Below are positions 36,756-47,637 of a stretch of 64,000 nt of DNA, piece by piece; the first letter of the stretch is position 1; every line of letters begins with the position of its first letter. Source of the stretch: Anaerolineae bacterium (GTDB lineage Bacteria > Chloroflexota > Anaerolineae > Promineifilales > Promineifilaceae); NCBI GenBank assembly GCA_023954475.1, contig JAMLHW010000019.1, forward strand, positions 2,768-66,767. Reading direction: 5' to 3'. The notes under the pieces are model-generated. The model saw nothing but the letters and a program-made list of their open reading frames with translations, was not told where the DNA came from and made no database searches. A program made the translations under genes and the position numbers.

Positions 36756-38090
36756 ATGACGAAGCAAATTGAGTCAATTGAGTTGTCCGAGTTGCACTCA
36801 CGTATTCCGGGCCAGTTATGGCGTCGTTTCCGCTGCGATCCACTGGGGACGCTGACGGAGATGCACGCGAATCACGGCGACATGGTGGCGTTCAAGTTGT
36901 TTAATCGGCCGATAATCGGACTCTTTCACCCCGATTTGATACAAGACGTGTTGGTACGTCAACAGCGCCATTTGGGCAAGAGTCGCATTTTGCAGCAATC
37001 AAAAATATTACTCGGTGATGGCTTGCTGACTAGTGAGGGCGACTTTCACTTGCGCCAGCGGCGGCTGATGCAGCCCGTATTTCACCGGCGACGCATTGCC
37101 GAATATGGCGCTGCGATGGTCGATGCCTGTGATCAGATAGCGCGACAGTGGCAATCGGGCAGCACGCTCGACATCCACGAGGAGATGATGCGCCTGACTC
37201 TGTCCATTGTCGGGCGTGCGCTGTTCGATGTCGATGTTGCCGGTGATGCACAGGAAGTTGGCGCGGCGATGGATTTATTGCTGGGTACATTTAGTCGGGC
37301 AATGAGTCCGCTGGCACAGATTCGGTTGCGTCTGCCGTTACCGTCAACTCGTCGCATCGAAGCTGCCATCGACCAATTGAATTCCCTTGTCTACCGCATT
37401 ATCGCGCAGCGCCGCACCGAAGGCGGCAGCGATGATTTGGTGTCGATGCTGCTGGCGGCTGGAGACGGTGACGACCGCATGACCGATGTCCAGATACGGG
37501 ATGAGGTGATGACGCTGCTGCTGGCGGGTCACGAAACGACGGCGAATGCGCTTACCTGGACATGGTATTTGTTGTCACAAAATCCTGAAGCAGAACAGGC
37601 GCTGCACGCTGAACTGGATGCGGTGCTTGCCGGCCGCCTGCCCACGGTCTCTGATATGGACAACTTGCCATACACGCGCATGGTTGTTACCGAATCGCTG
37701 CGACTGTACCCGCCTGCATGGGCTTTGGGCCGCACGGTGTTGACGCCGATTGAATTGAACGGTTACGCGATTGACGCGGGTACAACGCTGTTTATGAGTC
37801 AGTGGATTGTGCAGCGTGATGCTCGCTGGTATGCTGAGCCGGATTGTTTTCGGCCGATGCGATGGACGGAAGATGCGGATAATCGGCCGAAATTTGCCTA
37901 TTTCCCCTTTGGCGGCGGCTCCCGGCTCTGTATTGGCGAGCACTTCGCGTGGATGGAAGCCATATTAGCTGTTGCAACATTGGCCCAGCACTGGCAATTG
38001 CGGCTAGAGCCGGGACATCCTGTCGTGCCGCAGCCTGCCATTACCTTGCGCCCCCGGTATGGCATGCGCATGCTTCTGCAAGCACGGTGA
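36756..38090 (+). CDS. cytochrome P450
   Basis: 444 aa ORF with the heme loop FPFGGGSRLCIGEHFA, the ESLRLYPP (ExxR) motif and the AGHETT I-helix. Confidence 0.9.
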   Translation: MTKQIESIELSELHSRIPGQLWRRFRCDPLGTLTEMHANHGDMVAFKLFNRPIIGLFHPDLIQDVLVRQQRHLGKSRILQQSKILLGDGLLTSEGDFHLRQRRLMQPVFHRRRIAEYGAAMVDACDQIARQWQSGSTLDIHEEMMRLTLSIVGRALFDVDVAGDAQEVGAAMDLLLGTFSRAMSPLAQIRLRLPLPSTRRIEAAIDQLNSLVYRIIAQRRTEGGSDDLVSMLLAAGDGDDRMTDVQIRDEVMTLLLAGHETTANALTWTWYLLSQNPEAEQALHAELDAVLAGRLPTVSDMDNLPYTRMVVTESLRLYPPAWALGRTVLTPIELNGYAIDAGTTLFMSQWIVQRDARWYAEPDCFRPMRWTEDADNRPKFAYFPFGGGSRLCIGEHFAWMEAILAVATLAQHWQLRLEPGHPVVPQPAITLRPRYGMRMLLQAR

Positions 38091-38097
38091 GTCGAAT

Positions 38098-39090
38098 TTA
38101 TGCGGCCAGCAATGCATCCGCTGCCGCCAAACCGGACATCGCCGCGCCTTCAACACGGGGTCCGGCAAAGGCGTCACCGGCAAACAGTAATTTTCCCGGT
38201 TGGTCAATGGCTGCGAAACGTGCCGGAAACATCTGGACAGGAATGCTGTAGCGCCAACGCTGTACCTGATATGTGAGTACATCAGCGCCAACCAATGCGT
38301 CGGCTGCTGCAATGAGCCGATTTGCAACTGCGTCAGGATCGTCATCAAAGTGGTCACGGCTGAATTGCGGCCCTGCGTGGATTGTGACAGCCGGTTGGTC
38401 ACTCACGCCTTTTTGCTGGTTGTCGGCAATCCACGAAATCGGTTCGGGATGTACGGGCCAGACGCCGCCGGGTGGCGGTAGGCGGCTGGGACTGCCCAGC
38501 GTCGCGAGTACGGCAAAGCACGGATCGTATTCGATTTGTGCCAGTTGGTGACGCAGATCGCGTGGCAGCACCACGTTGCCGCTGTCGATCAAGGCCAGTG
38601 ATTGGGGCACAGGCGGGGTGAGGATGAGGGATTCGGCCGAAAACAGCCGCCCATCTTTCGCCGCAGCTGCAAACGCACCTTCCCAGCGCAATGTTGTTAT
38701 TGTGACACCGGTGTATACGTCGAGGTTTCGTGCCAGATACTTGGGTATAGTTGTCATGCCATCTGTGCCAACGTAGCGCGGTGTCTGGTTGAAGTGAGGC
38801 GTTCCGTCTGATGCATGAAAACCGTTACTCCATTTCCGGACAATGCCAACGGCCAGCCACTCAGCAAGCATCGGTGTGAACTGCGGATCGTAGTTGGTGA
38901 AATATTGCGCACCGTGATCGATCCGTGCTGCGCCGTCCGGCGATGTCAGCCGGCGTGTAGCCATGCGCCCACCGACGCCGCGCCCTTTATCGACGACTGT
39001 TACGGTCAGCCCGGCTGACTGAAGCCGTTGTGCTGCGACTAATCCGGCGATACCGGCGCCGATGATCAGGCATTGTGTGTCGATTGTCAT
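38098..39090 (-). CDS. FAD-dependent oxidoreductase (renalase/amine-oxidase-like)
   Basis: 330 aa ORF with the dinucleotide fold CLIIGAGIAGLVAAQRL...VVDKGRGVGGRMATRR. Confidence 0.8.
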   Translation of the reverse strand: MTIDTQCLIIGAGIAGLVAAQRLQSAGLTVTVVDKGRGVGGRMATRRLTSPDGAARIDHGAQYFTNYDPQFTPMLAEWLAVGIVRKWSNGFHASDGTPHFNQTPRYVGTDGMTTIPKYLARNLDVYTGVTITTLRWEGAFAAAAKDGRLFSAESLILTPPVPQSLALIDSGNVVLPRDLRHQLAQIEYDPCFAVLATLGSPSRLPPPGGVWPVHPEPISWIADNQQKGVSDQPAVTIHAGPQFSRDHFDDDPDAVANRLIAAADALVGADVLTYQVQRWRYSIPVQMFPARFAAIDQPGKLLFAGDAFAGPRVEGAAMSGLAAADALLAA

Positions 39091-39253
39091 GGTTCTTTCT
39101 CGGCCGAAATTTAGCTTTCACACCATCTGAGTCCGTTGCTACACTTCGGATTTGACTATCTTTATGTCTTCTTCACGTTCTATTCACGTGGAATTAGTAC
39201 TGATCTGCCAGTCAGATTAACAGTATTGTGATGCTCTCTGCTAGAATTCTAAC

Positions 39254-41008
39254 ATGTCCGACGTGGTTGTTCAGCTTGGCGATCGTTTGATGGCGTTTCG
39301 CCACCCTAAAGTCATCATGCAAACTGATTCTGTCGGTGATGTTGTTCCCATGTTGGTGGAAGTCGAGGCGCTTGTCAACCGGCACAACTTGACGGCGGCA
39401 GGTTTTGTCGGCTATGAAGCGGCGGCGGCTTTTGATACGGCACTGACTTGTTTTCCCGCTACGCCAACGCCGCTGCTGTGGTTTGGATTGTACGAAAACG
39501 GAGCGCCATTCGGCCGAAACGCACCATCCGGCGGCTACCATTTGGGAACGCCGCGCCTGAGCCTGACGGCGACTACGTTTGCGCAGCGTATCGCTTTGAT
39601 CAAAGCTGCCATAACCCGTGGCGAAACATATCAGGTCAACTTCACATTTCCCGTTACAATGTCGTTTGAAGGTGATCCGCTCGCATTGTTTTTCGATTTG
39701 CTGGCCGCGCAACAGGGTCGTTACGGCGCGTATATCCGTGCGGATGCGTTTGCGATTTGTTCCGCTTCACCTGAGTTGTTTTTTGCACTCGAAGGCAATC
39801 TGCTGACAACGCAGCCGATGAAAGGGACTGTGGCACGTGGCCTCACGCTGGCTGCCGATCGGGCTAACATGGCCTGGCTGCGCCATTCGGAGAAAAACCG
39901 GGCTGAAAATGTCATGATCGTCGATATGATTCGTAACGACTTGGGTCGGATTGCCCGCACGGGTAGTGTGCGCGTGGACAATTTGTTCCAGGTGACGCGT
40001 TATCCGACGTTGCATCAGATGACATCAGACGTTTCGGCCGAAACTGATGCCTCGCTTGTCGCTATTTTCCGCGCGTTGTTTCCCTGCGCCTCCATCACCG
40101 GCGCGCCCAAAGTGCGCACCATGCAGCTTATCCATGCCCTAGAAACGCAACCGCGCGGCGTCTACACCGGCGCAATCGGCATTATCGCGCCTAATCGCCG
40201 CGCACAATTCAGCGTAGCCATTCGCACTGCCGTCATCGATCAACAGCGACAGACAGCGACCTATCACGTCGGCTCCGGTATCGTCTGGGATTCGGATGCG
40301 GCAGAGGAGTTTGATGAATGTCAACTCAAGGCACAGGTATTGACAGTGCGTCGTCCGCCGTTTGAGTTGTTGGAATCGCTGTTGTTTGAGCCGGACAACG
40401 GTCTGTTTCTATTGCCTTATCATCTGGATCGCCTGGCAGATTCGGCCGAATATTTCGGCATTACGCTGGATCTTGCCGAACTGCGCCGCCGTTTGCAGTT
40501 GGCAGTTGCCCCGCTGACAACGCGCACCAAACTGCGTGTTTTGGTGGCGCAATCCGGCACGATCACGGTGGAGACGGCACCACTCGCGCCACAGCAAGAT
40601 GTGACGCCGCTGACACTGGGGCTGGCAGCCGAACCGATCTATTCTGACAATCAATTTCTGTATCACAAGACGACATATCGGCCGATGTACGACAATGCCC
40701 GCGCCGCATGCCCTGACTGTGATGATGTCATCCTGTGGAACGAACACGGTGAGGTGACAGAGACATCACGCGGCAATCTGCTCTTTGAAATCGATGGCGA
40801 TCTGGTCACACCGCCTGTCACATCGGGATTGTTGGCCGGAACGTATCGCGCTCATCTACTTGATAGGGGCATCATAAGTGAACGAGTCGTCCATTTAGAT
40901 GATATTGACCGCGCTGATCGCATTTGGATGATCAATTCTGTGCGCGGTCAACTGCCCTGCTGCCTGCGCACATCGCAGAATGCATCCGAATTGGTCTTGT
41001 CGCAATAG
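39254..41008 (+). CDS. pabB: aminodeoxychorismate synthase component I fused to aminodeoxychorismate lyase (PabB-PabC)
   Basis: Chorismate-binding blocks (GETYQVNF, SPELFF, PMKGT, ENVMIVDMIRNDLGRI, SITGAPKVRTMQLI, RGVYTGAIG) followed by a class IV aminotransferase-like C-terminus (SRGNLLFEIDGDLVTPPVTSGLLAGTYR). Confidence 0.85.
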   Translation: MSDVVVQLGDRLMAFRHPKVIMQTDSVGDVVPMLVEVEALVNRHNLTAAGFVGYEAAAAFDTALTCFPATPTPLLWFGLYENGAPFGRNAPSGGYHLGTPRLSLTATTFAQRIALIKAAITRGETYQVNFTFPVTMSFEGDPLALFFDLLAAQQGRYGAYIRADAFAICSASPELFFALEGNLLTTQPMKGTVARGLTLAADRANMAWLRHSEKNRAENVMIVDMIRNDLGRIARTGSVRVDNLFQVTRYPTLHQMTSDVSAETDASLVAIFRALFPCASITGAPKVRTMQLIHALETQPRGVYTGAIGIIAPNRRAQFSVAIRTAVIDQQRQTATYHVGSGIVWDSDAAEEFDECQLKAQVLTVRRPPFELLESLLFEPDNGLFLLPYHLDRLADSAEYFGITLDLAELRRRLQLAVAPLTTRTKLRVLVAQSGTITVETAPLAPQQDVTPLTLGLAAEPIYSDNQFLYHKTTYRPMYDNARAACPDCDDVILWNEHGEVTETSRGNLLFEIDGDLVTPPVTSGLLAGTYRAHLLDRGIISERVVHLDDIDRADRIWMINSVRGQLPCCLRTSQNASELVLSQ

Positions 41009-41013
41009 TCATC

Positions 41014-42666
41014 ATGTCTGCTCTGAGAAGAACGCCGTTTGACATACCGTTTTTGCTGTTGCTGCTTATGGCGCGAATCAGCATCTGGCCGGCTTATGAT
41101 ACGACGGGTGCCTGGCACAAATTCTGGCTGCTGGCTGCCGCAGTTGCCGTTTTCTATGTTGTCGTATGGTGGCAGCGGTCTCACGTTAACAGTGCGGTTT
41201 CGGCCGAACAGGTAGCCTGGTTGTTGCTGCTTTTCGCTGCCGGACTGTCTGTCTATTTCCTGATAACGACTGATTGGTCATTGTCGCCATTGGCACAGGT
41301 CGGTGAGCGTTTGGGTTTGCCGTACGTTGCGGCGGAATCAGTGCATCCCAATGTTGTTGCCGGCGTTCTGGCAACGGTATTGCCGTTTGCCGGTGCTGTC
41401 ATCTATGCCCGGCGGCGCACACCATTGCTGCAATCTATAGCCGTCGCACTGATGATCATCCTCGTTATCGGATTGGTTGTATCGTTCTCGCGGGCAGCCT
41501 GGTTGGCTCTGGTCGTCGTTGTGCTGTTGTGGTTGTGCTGGCGCTTTTTCGGCCGAATCATGCCCACCCACAACCGCCGTCGCTTTGCCTTCACGATTAC
41601 CGTTTCCATTCTGGTGCTTGCCCTCTGTGCTGTGTTTCTGACGACGCCAGGCTCAGCCATCGGGATGTTGCGCACCATCCTCGCCGATCAGGGACGGTTT
41701 GATCTGTACAGCGACAGCTTCATGTTGTTGCTCGATTATCCGATCCTCGGTGCCGGTCTCGGCAGCTTCATGATGAACCATGCAACCTATGCATACCTGA
41801 CCCACGTCGGATTCAGTACACATGCGCATAATCTCGTACTCGATCTGTCTATCGAGATGGGTATCGCCGGTGTGCTGGTTATGGGTTGGATAATCATTCG
41901 GCAGTTCGCCATAGCGATTCGGTTTACACGCCATCAAACCGTGCCACCCTGGTTGGGAGCCGCAACACTGTCAACAGCAATCATTATCTTGCACGGTATG
42001 CTCGATGATCCGTTGTACAGCAGCCGCGCCGTCATATTGCTATTTGTGCCCACGGCACTCACTGTGCCGTATGCCCGGCCTGTAGCCCATAGTCTCACGA
42101 AGCGTCTGGTTCCTGTCATGGTAGCCGCGCTGGTTATCATGCTCATCGTTATGTGGCGACCCATTGTCTCTACCGGGCTTTCGAACTGGGGCGCGCTCGT
42201 GCAAAGTCGGCAAGAGTTGACCCGCTATCATTGGCCCCAGTGGGCGCTCCAGGATCAGCTACGCCGCGAACTGGACCTGGCGACGCCAGTTTACTATTAT
42301 CAGCAGGCACTGCACTTTAGTTCGACCAACATATCCGCTAATCGACGTCTTGGGCAAATTGAACTGTCGAACGGCGACTTTGATCAGGCATTGGCGCATC
42401 TCGAAACGGCCTATAAATCAGCGCCCTGGGACAATAGCATACGCCAGATGCTTGGCGAAGTGTACATTGTGACGGGCGATACACGCCGTGGTACGGTTCT
42501 CTGGACTGATGTGGACAATACACACGGCCAGCTCGATGCACGTGCATATTGGTATCGTTGGTTGAAAGACGCAGAACGCCAGCAGTTGATCAGATTCGCC
42601 CTGGGTCAAATTGGCACGGCCATTGTGCCGGACCCGAATTCACCCATTCCCCCCGTCAGTAATTAG
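41014..42666 (+). CDS. O-antigen ligase/polymerase (Wzy_C) family membrane protein with C-terminal TPR-like region
   Basis: Polytopic ORF with SRAAWLALVVVV and HAHNLVLDLSIEMGIAGVL motifs. ATG 41014 lies just after the pabB stop, and the track start at 40924 overlaps pabB. Confidence 0.7.
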   Translation: MSALRRTPFDIPFLLLLLMARISIWPAYDTTGAWHKFWLLAAAVAVFYVVVWWQRSHVNSAVSAEQVAWLLLLFAAGLSVYFLITTDWSLSPLAQVGERLGLPYVAAESVHPNVVAGVLATVLPFAGAVIYARRRTPLLQSIAVALMIILVIGLVVSFSRAAWLALVVVVLLWLCWRFFGRIMPTHNRRRFAFTITVSILVLALCAVFLTTPGSAIGMLRTILADQGRFDLYSDSFMLLLDYPILGAGLGSFMMNHATYAYLTHVGFSTHAHNLVLDLSIEMGIAGVLVMGWIIIRQFAIAIRFTRHQTVPPWLGAATLSTAIIILHGMLDDPLYSSRAVILLFVPTALTVPYARPVAHSLTKRLVPVMVAALVIMLIVMWRPIVSTGLSNWGALVQSRQELTRYHWPQWALQDQLRRELDLATPVYYYQQALHFSSTNISANRRLGQIELSNGDFDQALAHLETAYKSAPWDNSIRQMLGEVYIVTGDTRRGTVLWTDVDNTHGQLDARAYWYRWLKDAERQQLIRFALGQIGTAIVPDPNSPIPPVSN

Positions 42667-43056
42667 CAGGATGCAGGCCAGCCGTACCTGCCGCAGTCGA
42701 TTTCTATAAGGTCCACCCTCATTAAGCTTGTAGAAGTTCTCTCTGAATTCCTGTGATCTGCTCAATGTCAATGACATATTTCACACCATCCGCGCAATTG
42801 ATTATCGCTGCAACAGTCCGGTAACTGCACGAACGTCTGTGTTGTGATTTCCGTCATCTTCCACAGATAACAAAAGACACTATCAGCCGCGGCCCGTTCG
42901 CTGCATACTGTAAGGTAGTAACTTTCGATGGTGAAAACTGTCGTTTGATTTAGGTATGTAAGGTAATTGTATTGGTTCATTGGTGGGAGCAAATTTTCGG
43001 GAAATTAGGGCATTTTATCCATTGAATTGGGCAGGTAATCGGGGAGCTGTTTGAAG

Positions 43057-43548
43057 ATGGAACCAAAGATTGTGACACGCCCAGCTTTTACTGTGATCGG
43101 TATGTTGTATCACGGCAAGAATGAACATCAGGAAATACCTCGGCTGTGGGAGCAATTCAATCTGCGTTCGGCCGAGATTGAGTCAGCGATTAATGCAGAA
43201 GTTTGTTACGGTATTGCCGATAACTTCGACCACATTTCAAGTACATTTGATTATTTGGCAGGAGTGGAAGTGACAGATGACGCACAGCCACCGTTGGATA
43301 TGGTGCGCTGGCAGTTATCCCAGCAGCTTTACGCAGCATTTGACTGCACGTTGCTGACGTTGATGCGCACATTCCAGATTGCCTACGACGACTGGATGCC
43401 TCAAGCTGGTTATCGTCGCGCACCAGGGCCGGAGTTTGAATTGTATGGAAACATGTTTAATGCCGGTGATCCGCACTCGCCGATGTTTATCTACATACCG
43501 GTTCAACCCATCAATCATTCGCAACCGGTTGTAGCAAGCCCTGTCTAG
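43057..43548 (+). CDS. GyrI-like (AraC effector-binding type) small-molecule binding protein
   Basis: MEPKIVTRPAFTVIGMLYHGKNEHQEIPRLWEQF is typical of the GyrI-like fold. GGGGAG lies upstream. Confidence 0.75.
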   Translation: MEPKIVTRPAFTVIGMLYHGKNEHQEIPRLWEQFNLRSAEIESAINAEVCYGIADNFDHISSTFDYLAGVEVTDDAQPPLDMVRWQLSQQLYAAFDCTLLTLMRTFQIAYDDWMPQAGYRRAPGPEFELYGNMFNAGDPHSPMFIYIPVQPINHSQPVVASPV

Positions 43549-43583
43549 GATTGTTCGACATCAGACTTTATGGAGGTGTTGTT

Positions 43584-44054
43584 ATGGCAGTGGTTAAACG
43601 ATCAATTGATATACAAGCTCCGGCACCGATGGTTTGGAATCACTTGACAGACTATGATCGGGTACTGGAGTGGAACAAGCAATACGATCTCTTTTCCATC
43701 GTCGAAGATGTGCCCGACAATGTGGGGACGCGCTATGTGACGATGGAGAAGTTTCGCGGCAAGACGTTGCGCAATGAGTGCGTGATTACAGAGTGGGTTG
43801 CGAATCGACGTTTTGGCTTTAGTGGTGATAGTGCTGAATATCACAAAGAAGGCATTTATACGTTGGAGCCGAAAGGAGATGCGTGTCGCATTACGATGGA
43901 AATTACGCTGACGCCTAAAGGCGGGCCCATGAAAAAGGCGGCTTCCAAGTTGTTGGTTGAAAAGCCGTATGAAGTTGAAGTTGGTGCCATTCTGACTGAC
44001 TTGAAACAGGCGGTGGAAGCTGCTTATCACGATGAAAACGTAATCCGCATCTAG
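43584..44054 (+). CDS. SRPBCC (START/polyketide cyclase-like) family protein
   Basis: MAVVKRSIDIQAPAPMVWNHLTDYDRVLEWN is typical of the SRPBCC N-terminus. GGAGG precedes ATG 43584. Confidence 0.75.
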   Translation: MAVVKRSIDIQAPAPMVWNHLTDYDRVLEWNKQYDLFSIVEDVPDNVGTRYVTMEKFRGKTLRNECVITEWVANRRFGFSGDSAEYHKEGIYTLEPKGDACRITMEITLTPKGGPMKKAASKLLVEKPYEVEVGAILTDLKQAVEAAYHDENVIRI

Positions 44055-44115
44055 GGGTTTTTGATGATGCAGCGTGTGGCAGCGTCACTTGTCTGCCACA
44101 CGCTGTTGAGATTAA

Positions 44116-44139
44116 TCGGCCGAAACACTAATCGGCCGA
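44116..44139. repeat. two copies of the iterated palindrome (TAATCGGCCGAA twice, 16-nt period) straddling the hmgA stop
   Basis: Read directly. This is a representative locus of about 90 TCGGCCGA copies in the window. Confidence 0.9.
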
Positions 44140-45318
44140 ACCGTTGCCCCTCACCACTTTCTCTGAAAGCCATGAATATGCATAGTTTTGGTCCTCGTAG
44201 CGGTGTGCCACCTTGGCAACCTTGAGCGGACGGAACGTATCGACCATTACTGCCAGCTCTTCCGTGCGCTCCTTGCCAATCGAGCCTTCATACGTGCCGG
44301 GATGCGGCCCATGCGGGATACCGTTTGGATGCGCCGTGATTGATGCCCGCTCAATCCCTTTACGCGACATAAAATCCCCTTCCACATAATACAAAACCTC
44401 GTCTGAATCCACATTGGAATGATTATATGGCGCGGGAATTGCCAATGGATGGTAATCAAACAGACGCGGTACGAAAGAGCATACCACAAAGCCAGGCCCG
44501 TCAAACGTCTGGTGCACCGGGGGTGGTTGGTGAATGCGCCCCGTAATCGGCTCAAAATCCTCAATATTGAAGGCAAACGGCCACAAGTGACCGTCCCAGC
44601 CGACAACATCGAGCGGATGATGCCCGTAGACAAAACGCGTAATGACACCGCGTGCCTTGACGTGAACCTCGAATTCACCTAATTCGTCATGTGTCACTTG
44701 GGCATCAGGTGGCCGAATATCGCGCTCACAATAGGGCGAATGCTCCAAAAACTGGCCGTAATTATTGAGATAGCGCTTCGGCGGCACGATATGGCCGTAT
44801 GCTTCTGTCACAAACATGCGCTGTTCGACGCCTTCGTCGGGAATGAAACGCCACATCACGCCCGTGGGAATGACGAGATAGTCACCGGGACGGTAGCGCA
44901 AATTGCCAAACTGAGTCTCCAGTACGCCGGTGCCGTCGTGAATGAACAGGCAGTCATCCCCGGCCGCATGTTTGTACCAATAATCCATCGCCTTGGTCGG
45001 GCGTGCTACATAGAGAACTACGTCGCTGTTCCCCAGCATGGGTACGCGGGCACTGATTGCGTCACCGCCGGCTGGGACATTGGCTGTAAAGAAGTGGCGC
45101 ATTTGCAGCGATACATCCTCTTCGTAGGCGATAGTGTCCGGGCGCAACACCTCTACAGAGCGCACTTGCGTCGGCGGGCGCAAATGGTACAAAATCGACT
45201 GGATGCCGGCAAAACCGTGAATGCCCATCACCTCTTCGTGATATAAAGATCCGTCTGATTGCCGATATTGAACATGACGTTTATGGGGGATGGCTCCAAG
45301 TTTATAATAGTAGGTCAT
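44128..45318 (-). CDS. hmgA: homogentisate 1,2-dioxygenase (short, Firmicutes/Chloroflexi-type cupin form)
   Basis: 396 aa ORF. The N-terminus MTYYYKLGAIPHKRHVQYRQSDGSLYHEEVMGIHGFAGIQSILYH resembles short bacterial HmgA as I remember it. It is adjacent to fumarylacetoacetase. GGGAG lies upstream. Confidence 0.8.
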   Translation of the reverse strand: MTYYYKLGAIPHKRHVQYRQSDGSLYHEEVMGIHGFAGIQSILYHLRPPTQVRSVEVLRPDTIAYEEDVSLQMRHFFTANVPAGGDAISARVPMLGNSDVVLYVARPTKAMDYWYKHAAGDDCLFIHDGTGVLETQFGNLRYRPGDYLVIPTGVMWRFIPDEGVEQRMFVTEAYGHIVPPKRYLNNYGQFLEHSPYCERDIRPPDAQVTHDELGEFEVHVKARGVITRFVYGHHPLDVVGWDGHLWPFAFNIEDFEPITGRIHQPPPVHQTFDGPGFVVCSFVPRLFDYHPLAIPAPYNHSNVDSDEVLYYVEGDFMSRKGIERASITAHPNGIPHGPHPGTYEGSIGKERTEELAVMVDTFRPLKVAKVAHRYEDQNYAYSWLSEKVVRGNGSAD

Positions 45319-45395
45319 TTTTCAAACTCCCTTAAATATTGGATGGTTGATCAATTCGTCTTGCGAACGGATGACCAATTCATCCTGCAAGTAAT

Positions 45396-46661
45396 CTAGA
45401 TTGTTAACGAAACGGCTGGCTGAATTTGCCCTGTCACCTCACCAAAACCGACGCGATAGCCGTCGCCCTGGGCATAACCGGTCATGATCACCGTGTCGCC
45501 GTCAGCGAGAAATTTGCGCGTTGTGCCATCGGGCAGATCGATTGGTTTTGTGCCGCGCCACGTGAGTTCAAGCATTGAACCGTAAGCATCGGGTGTCGGC
45601 CCGCTGATGGTGCCGGAAGCAAGCAAATCGCCGGGGCGCAAATTGCAGCCGGTAATGGTGTGATGGGCGAGTTGCTGGCACATGTTCCAGTAGAGATATT
45701 TGAAGTTGGAGCGACAAATGGTGTGTGGCTCCGTCATTTGGGTGCTTTGCAACTGCACTTCCAGGGCGATGTTGTAGGTGCGATTGCTTTTGCCCCGCAA
45801 ATAGGGCAATGGCTCCGGGTCCTGCTGCGGTCCGTTGACGAGGAACGGTTCAAGTGCTTCCAGTGTCACGACCCAGGGCGAAATCGATGTCGCGAAATTC
45901 TTGGCATTGAATGGGCCGAGCGGCTGGTATTCCCACTTCTGGATGTCGCGGGCGCTCCAATCGTTGACCAGCACGAGGCCGAAAATATGGTTCCATGCTT
46001 CTTTGACGGAGACAGGTCGGCCGAATTCATTGCCAGGCCCAATCAGGAATCCCATTTCCAGTTCGAAATCCATCAGCCGGCTGGTGCCGAACTCCGGTGT
46101 TGTGCTGTCGCCGCGCACAGTTTGGCCGTGTGGACGTGCAATAGGCGTGCCGCTGATGACGACAGAACTGGCGCGACCGTGATAACCGACCGGTAGGTGC
46201 AGCCAGTTGGGCATCAGAGCGTTTTCCGCAGCGCGAAACATGGTACCGACATTGGTAGCGTGTTCGCGTGACGAATAGAAATCAGTGTAATCGCCGATGG
46301 CGACGGGCAAATGCATGATTACGTCTGCTTGCCGGAAAAATGCGAGCTGCCGCATCGATTCGTTGTCGAGAAAACTGCCAGGCTGCAGTTGTTGCTTGAT
46401 AGCGCTGCGGGCGGCTCGCCATTTGTCCCGACCCAATGCCATGAAGCTGTTAAGCGTTGGCTCGTTGAAGGCGTTGCTGTTGTTCAGCAAGTCGTCGTCG
46501 AAAAGGGCGAGGTCGTGGAAAACGCGCATGTCGAGAACGACATCGCCGACGGCAACACCGATGCGTGGTTCGCCGCCTTCGCGCGGGCTGAAGACGCCGT
46601 AAGGCAAGTTTTGAATTGAGAAATGGGAGTCGGGCGGGATGGGGATAAAGGTGGTTTGCAT
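45396..46661 (-). CDS. fahA: fumarylacetoacetase
   Basis: The start [25 protein letters not shown] and FAH-fold blocks ([30 protein letters not shown]). The internal ATG 46661 is preferred over the track start 46799. Confidence 0.88.
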   Translation of the reverse strand: MQTTFIPIPPDSHFSIQNLPYGVFSPREGGEPRIGVAVGDVVLDMRVFHDLALFDDDLLNNSNAFNEPTLNSFMALGRDKWRAARSAIKQQLQPGSFLDNESMRQLAFFRQADVIMHLPVAIGDYTDFYSSREHATNVGTMFRAAENALMPNWLHLPVGYHGRASSVVISGTPIARPHGQTVRGDSTTPEFGTSRLMDFELEMGFLIGPGNEFGRPVSVKEAWNHIFGLVLVNDWSARDIQKWEYQPLGPFNAKNFATSISPWVVTLEALEPFLVNGPQQDPEPLPYLRGKSNRTYNIALEVQLQSTQMTEPHTICRSNFKYLYWNMCQQLAHHTITGCNLRPGDLLASGTISGPTPDAYGSMLELTWRGTKPIDLPDGTTRKFLADGDTVIMTGYAQGDGYRVGFGEVTGQIQPAVSLTI

Positions 46662-46683
46662 GAGAACTGGATACGTCGAATGG

Positions 46684-47637
46684 TTAATTGTGAATTGGCA
46701 GAAGACCGAGCATCTGCAGGTCGGCACGGGGTTCGTCGAAGCTGCAACTGCCGAAGGAGAGCAAACGGGATTGACGTAGGGCGGCAATTTGGGCTGCATC
46801 GGCCGATAAGTTGCGCCATGAGAATGTTTCGGCCGAAAATGTGAATGCTTCTGTGTCTTGTTCGGCGATGATAGCAGTCAATTCGGCCGAATCCAGCTCG
46901 TGAACCGCTGCCAGCATACCCCCGCCAAATATATTGACGAAGCCGTGCATCATCGCATCTATATCGTCGCTGTAATGACGGAAGGGATGGTGCAACCCTG
47001 CCGTGCATTTTAGCATCACATCCGCATCGCGGCAGCGTGTGATAGCGCGTGCCACCTGCGCTGGTGAAGGCACCATGGGCGCAGCAATGCCACCGCAACG
47101 CAGTTTGAAACCGCTGTTGTCACCTGTTGCTTGATTGTGTTCGGCCAGTTTTGTGATCACTTCGGGCAACCTGGTGTCCCAATTAGCGTCAAACGGCAGT
47201 TCGTAAAAAATGCGGGCCGATAATCCGAGTTGTTGCAGCACAGTCGCGTTGTCGGCGATAAACGCAGCGCACGAATCCGTTGCAGGCAGTCGGCTTTCAA
47301 TGATGTCAACTGTCACGCGTTCTTTATGCTCGGTCAGGAATCGGCCGATTTGGGCACCATCTATCTGCAAATCCGATGTCAGTAGTGAGAGATGCAACGG
47401 TATTTCGGCCGAGAACGAGCTTAAAATGGCTTCATCCAACTCGAGCAGGCGATTTGCCGGCAGGATAAAACGCGCCAGCATCCAATGGTCTGCCCCGCGA
47501 CGATAGCTCGCGTAGTTGGCAACCGCAGGCTCCAATGCTAGATTCGCCGGTGGAAACAGGCCGGCATAATCGATCAATCCGTTGAGAAGTGCAGCCAATG
47601 CCGGGAAGACAGCATCACGTGTTTTCATGGCTGGCAA
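46684..47637 (-). CDS. conserved hypothetical protein (about 315 aa, soluble) in the homogentisate operon
   Basis: Intact ORF with native composition and four iterated-palindrome copies, 22 nt upstream of fahA and overlapping the marR stop. No family recognised. Confidence 0.5.
   Translation of the reverse strand: MPAMKTRDAVFPALAALLNGLIDYAGLFPPANLALEPAVANYASYRRGADHWMLARFILPANRLLELDEAILSSFSAEIPLHLSLLTSDLQIDGAQIGRFLTEHKERVTVDIIESRLPATDSCAAFIADNATVLQQLGLSARIFYELPFDANWDTRLPEVITKLAEHNQATGDNSGFKLRCGGIAAPMVPSPAQVARAITRCRDADVMLKCTAGLHHPFRHYSDDIDAMMHGFVNIFGGGMLAAVHELDSAELTAIIAEQDTEAFTFSAETFSWRNLSADAAQIAALRQSRLLSFGSCSFDEPRADLQMLGLLPIHN

Noticed and set aside
39212-39712. 166-aa minus-strand ORF overlapping the pabB 5' region.
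   Set aside because: It is antisense to a motif-rich PabB frame, is Arg-rich, and has no recognisable features.
45341-45384. Direct repeats GAYCAATTCRTC (45349 and 45373) between fahA and hmgA, as a possible operator.
   Set aside because: There are only two imperfect copies in a 77-nt intra-operon spacer, which is too weak to call without comparative data.
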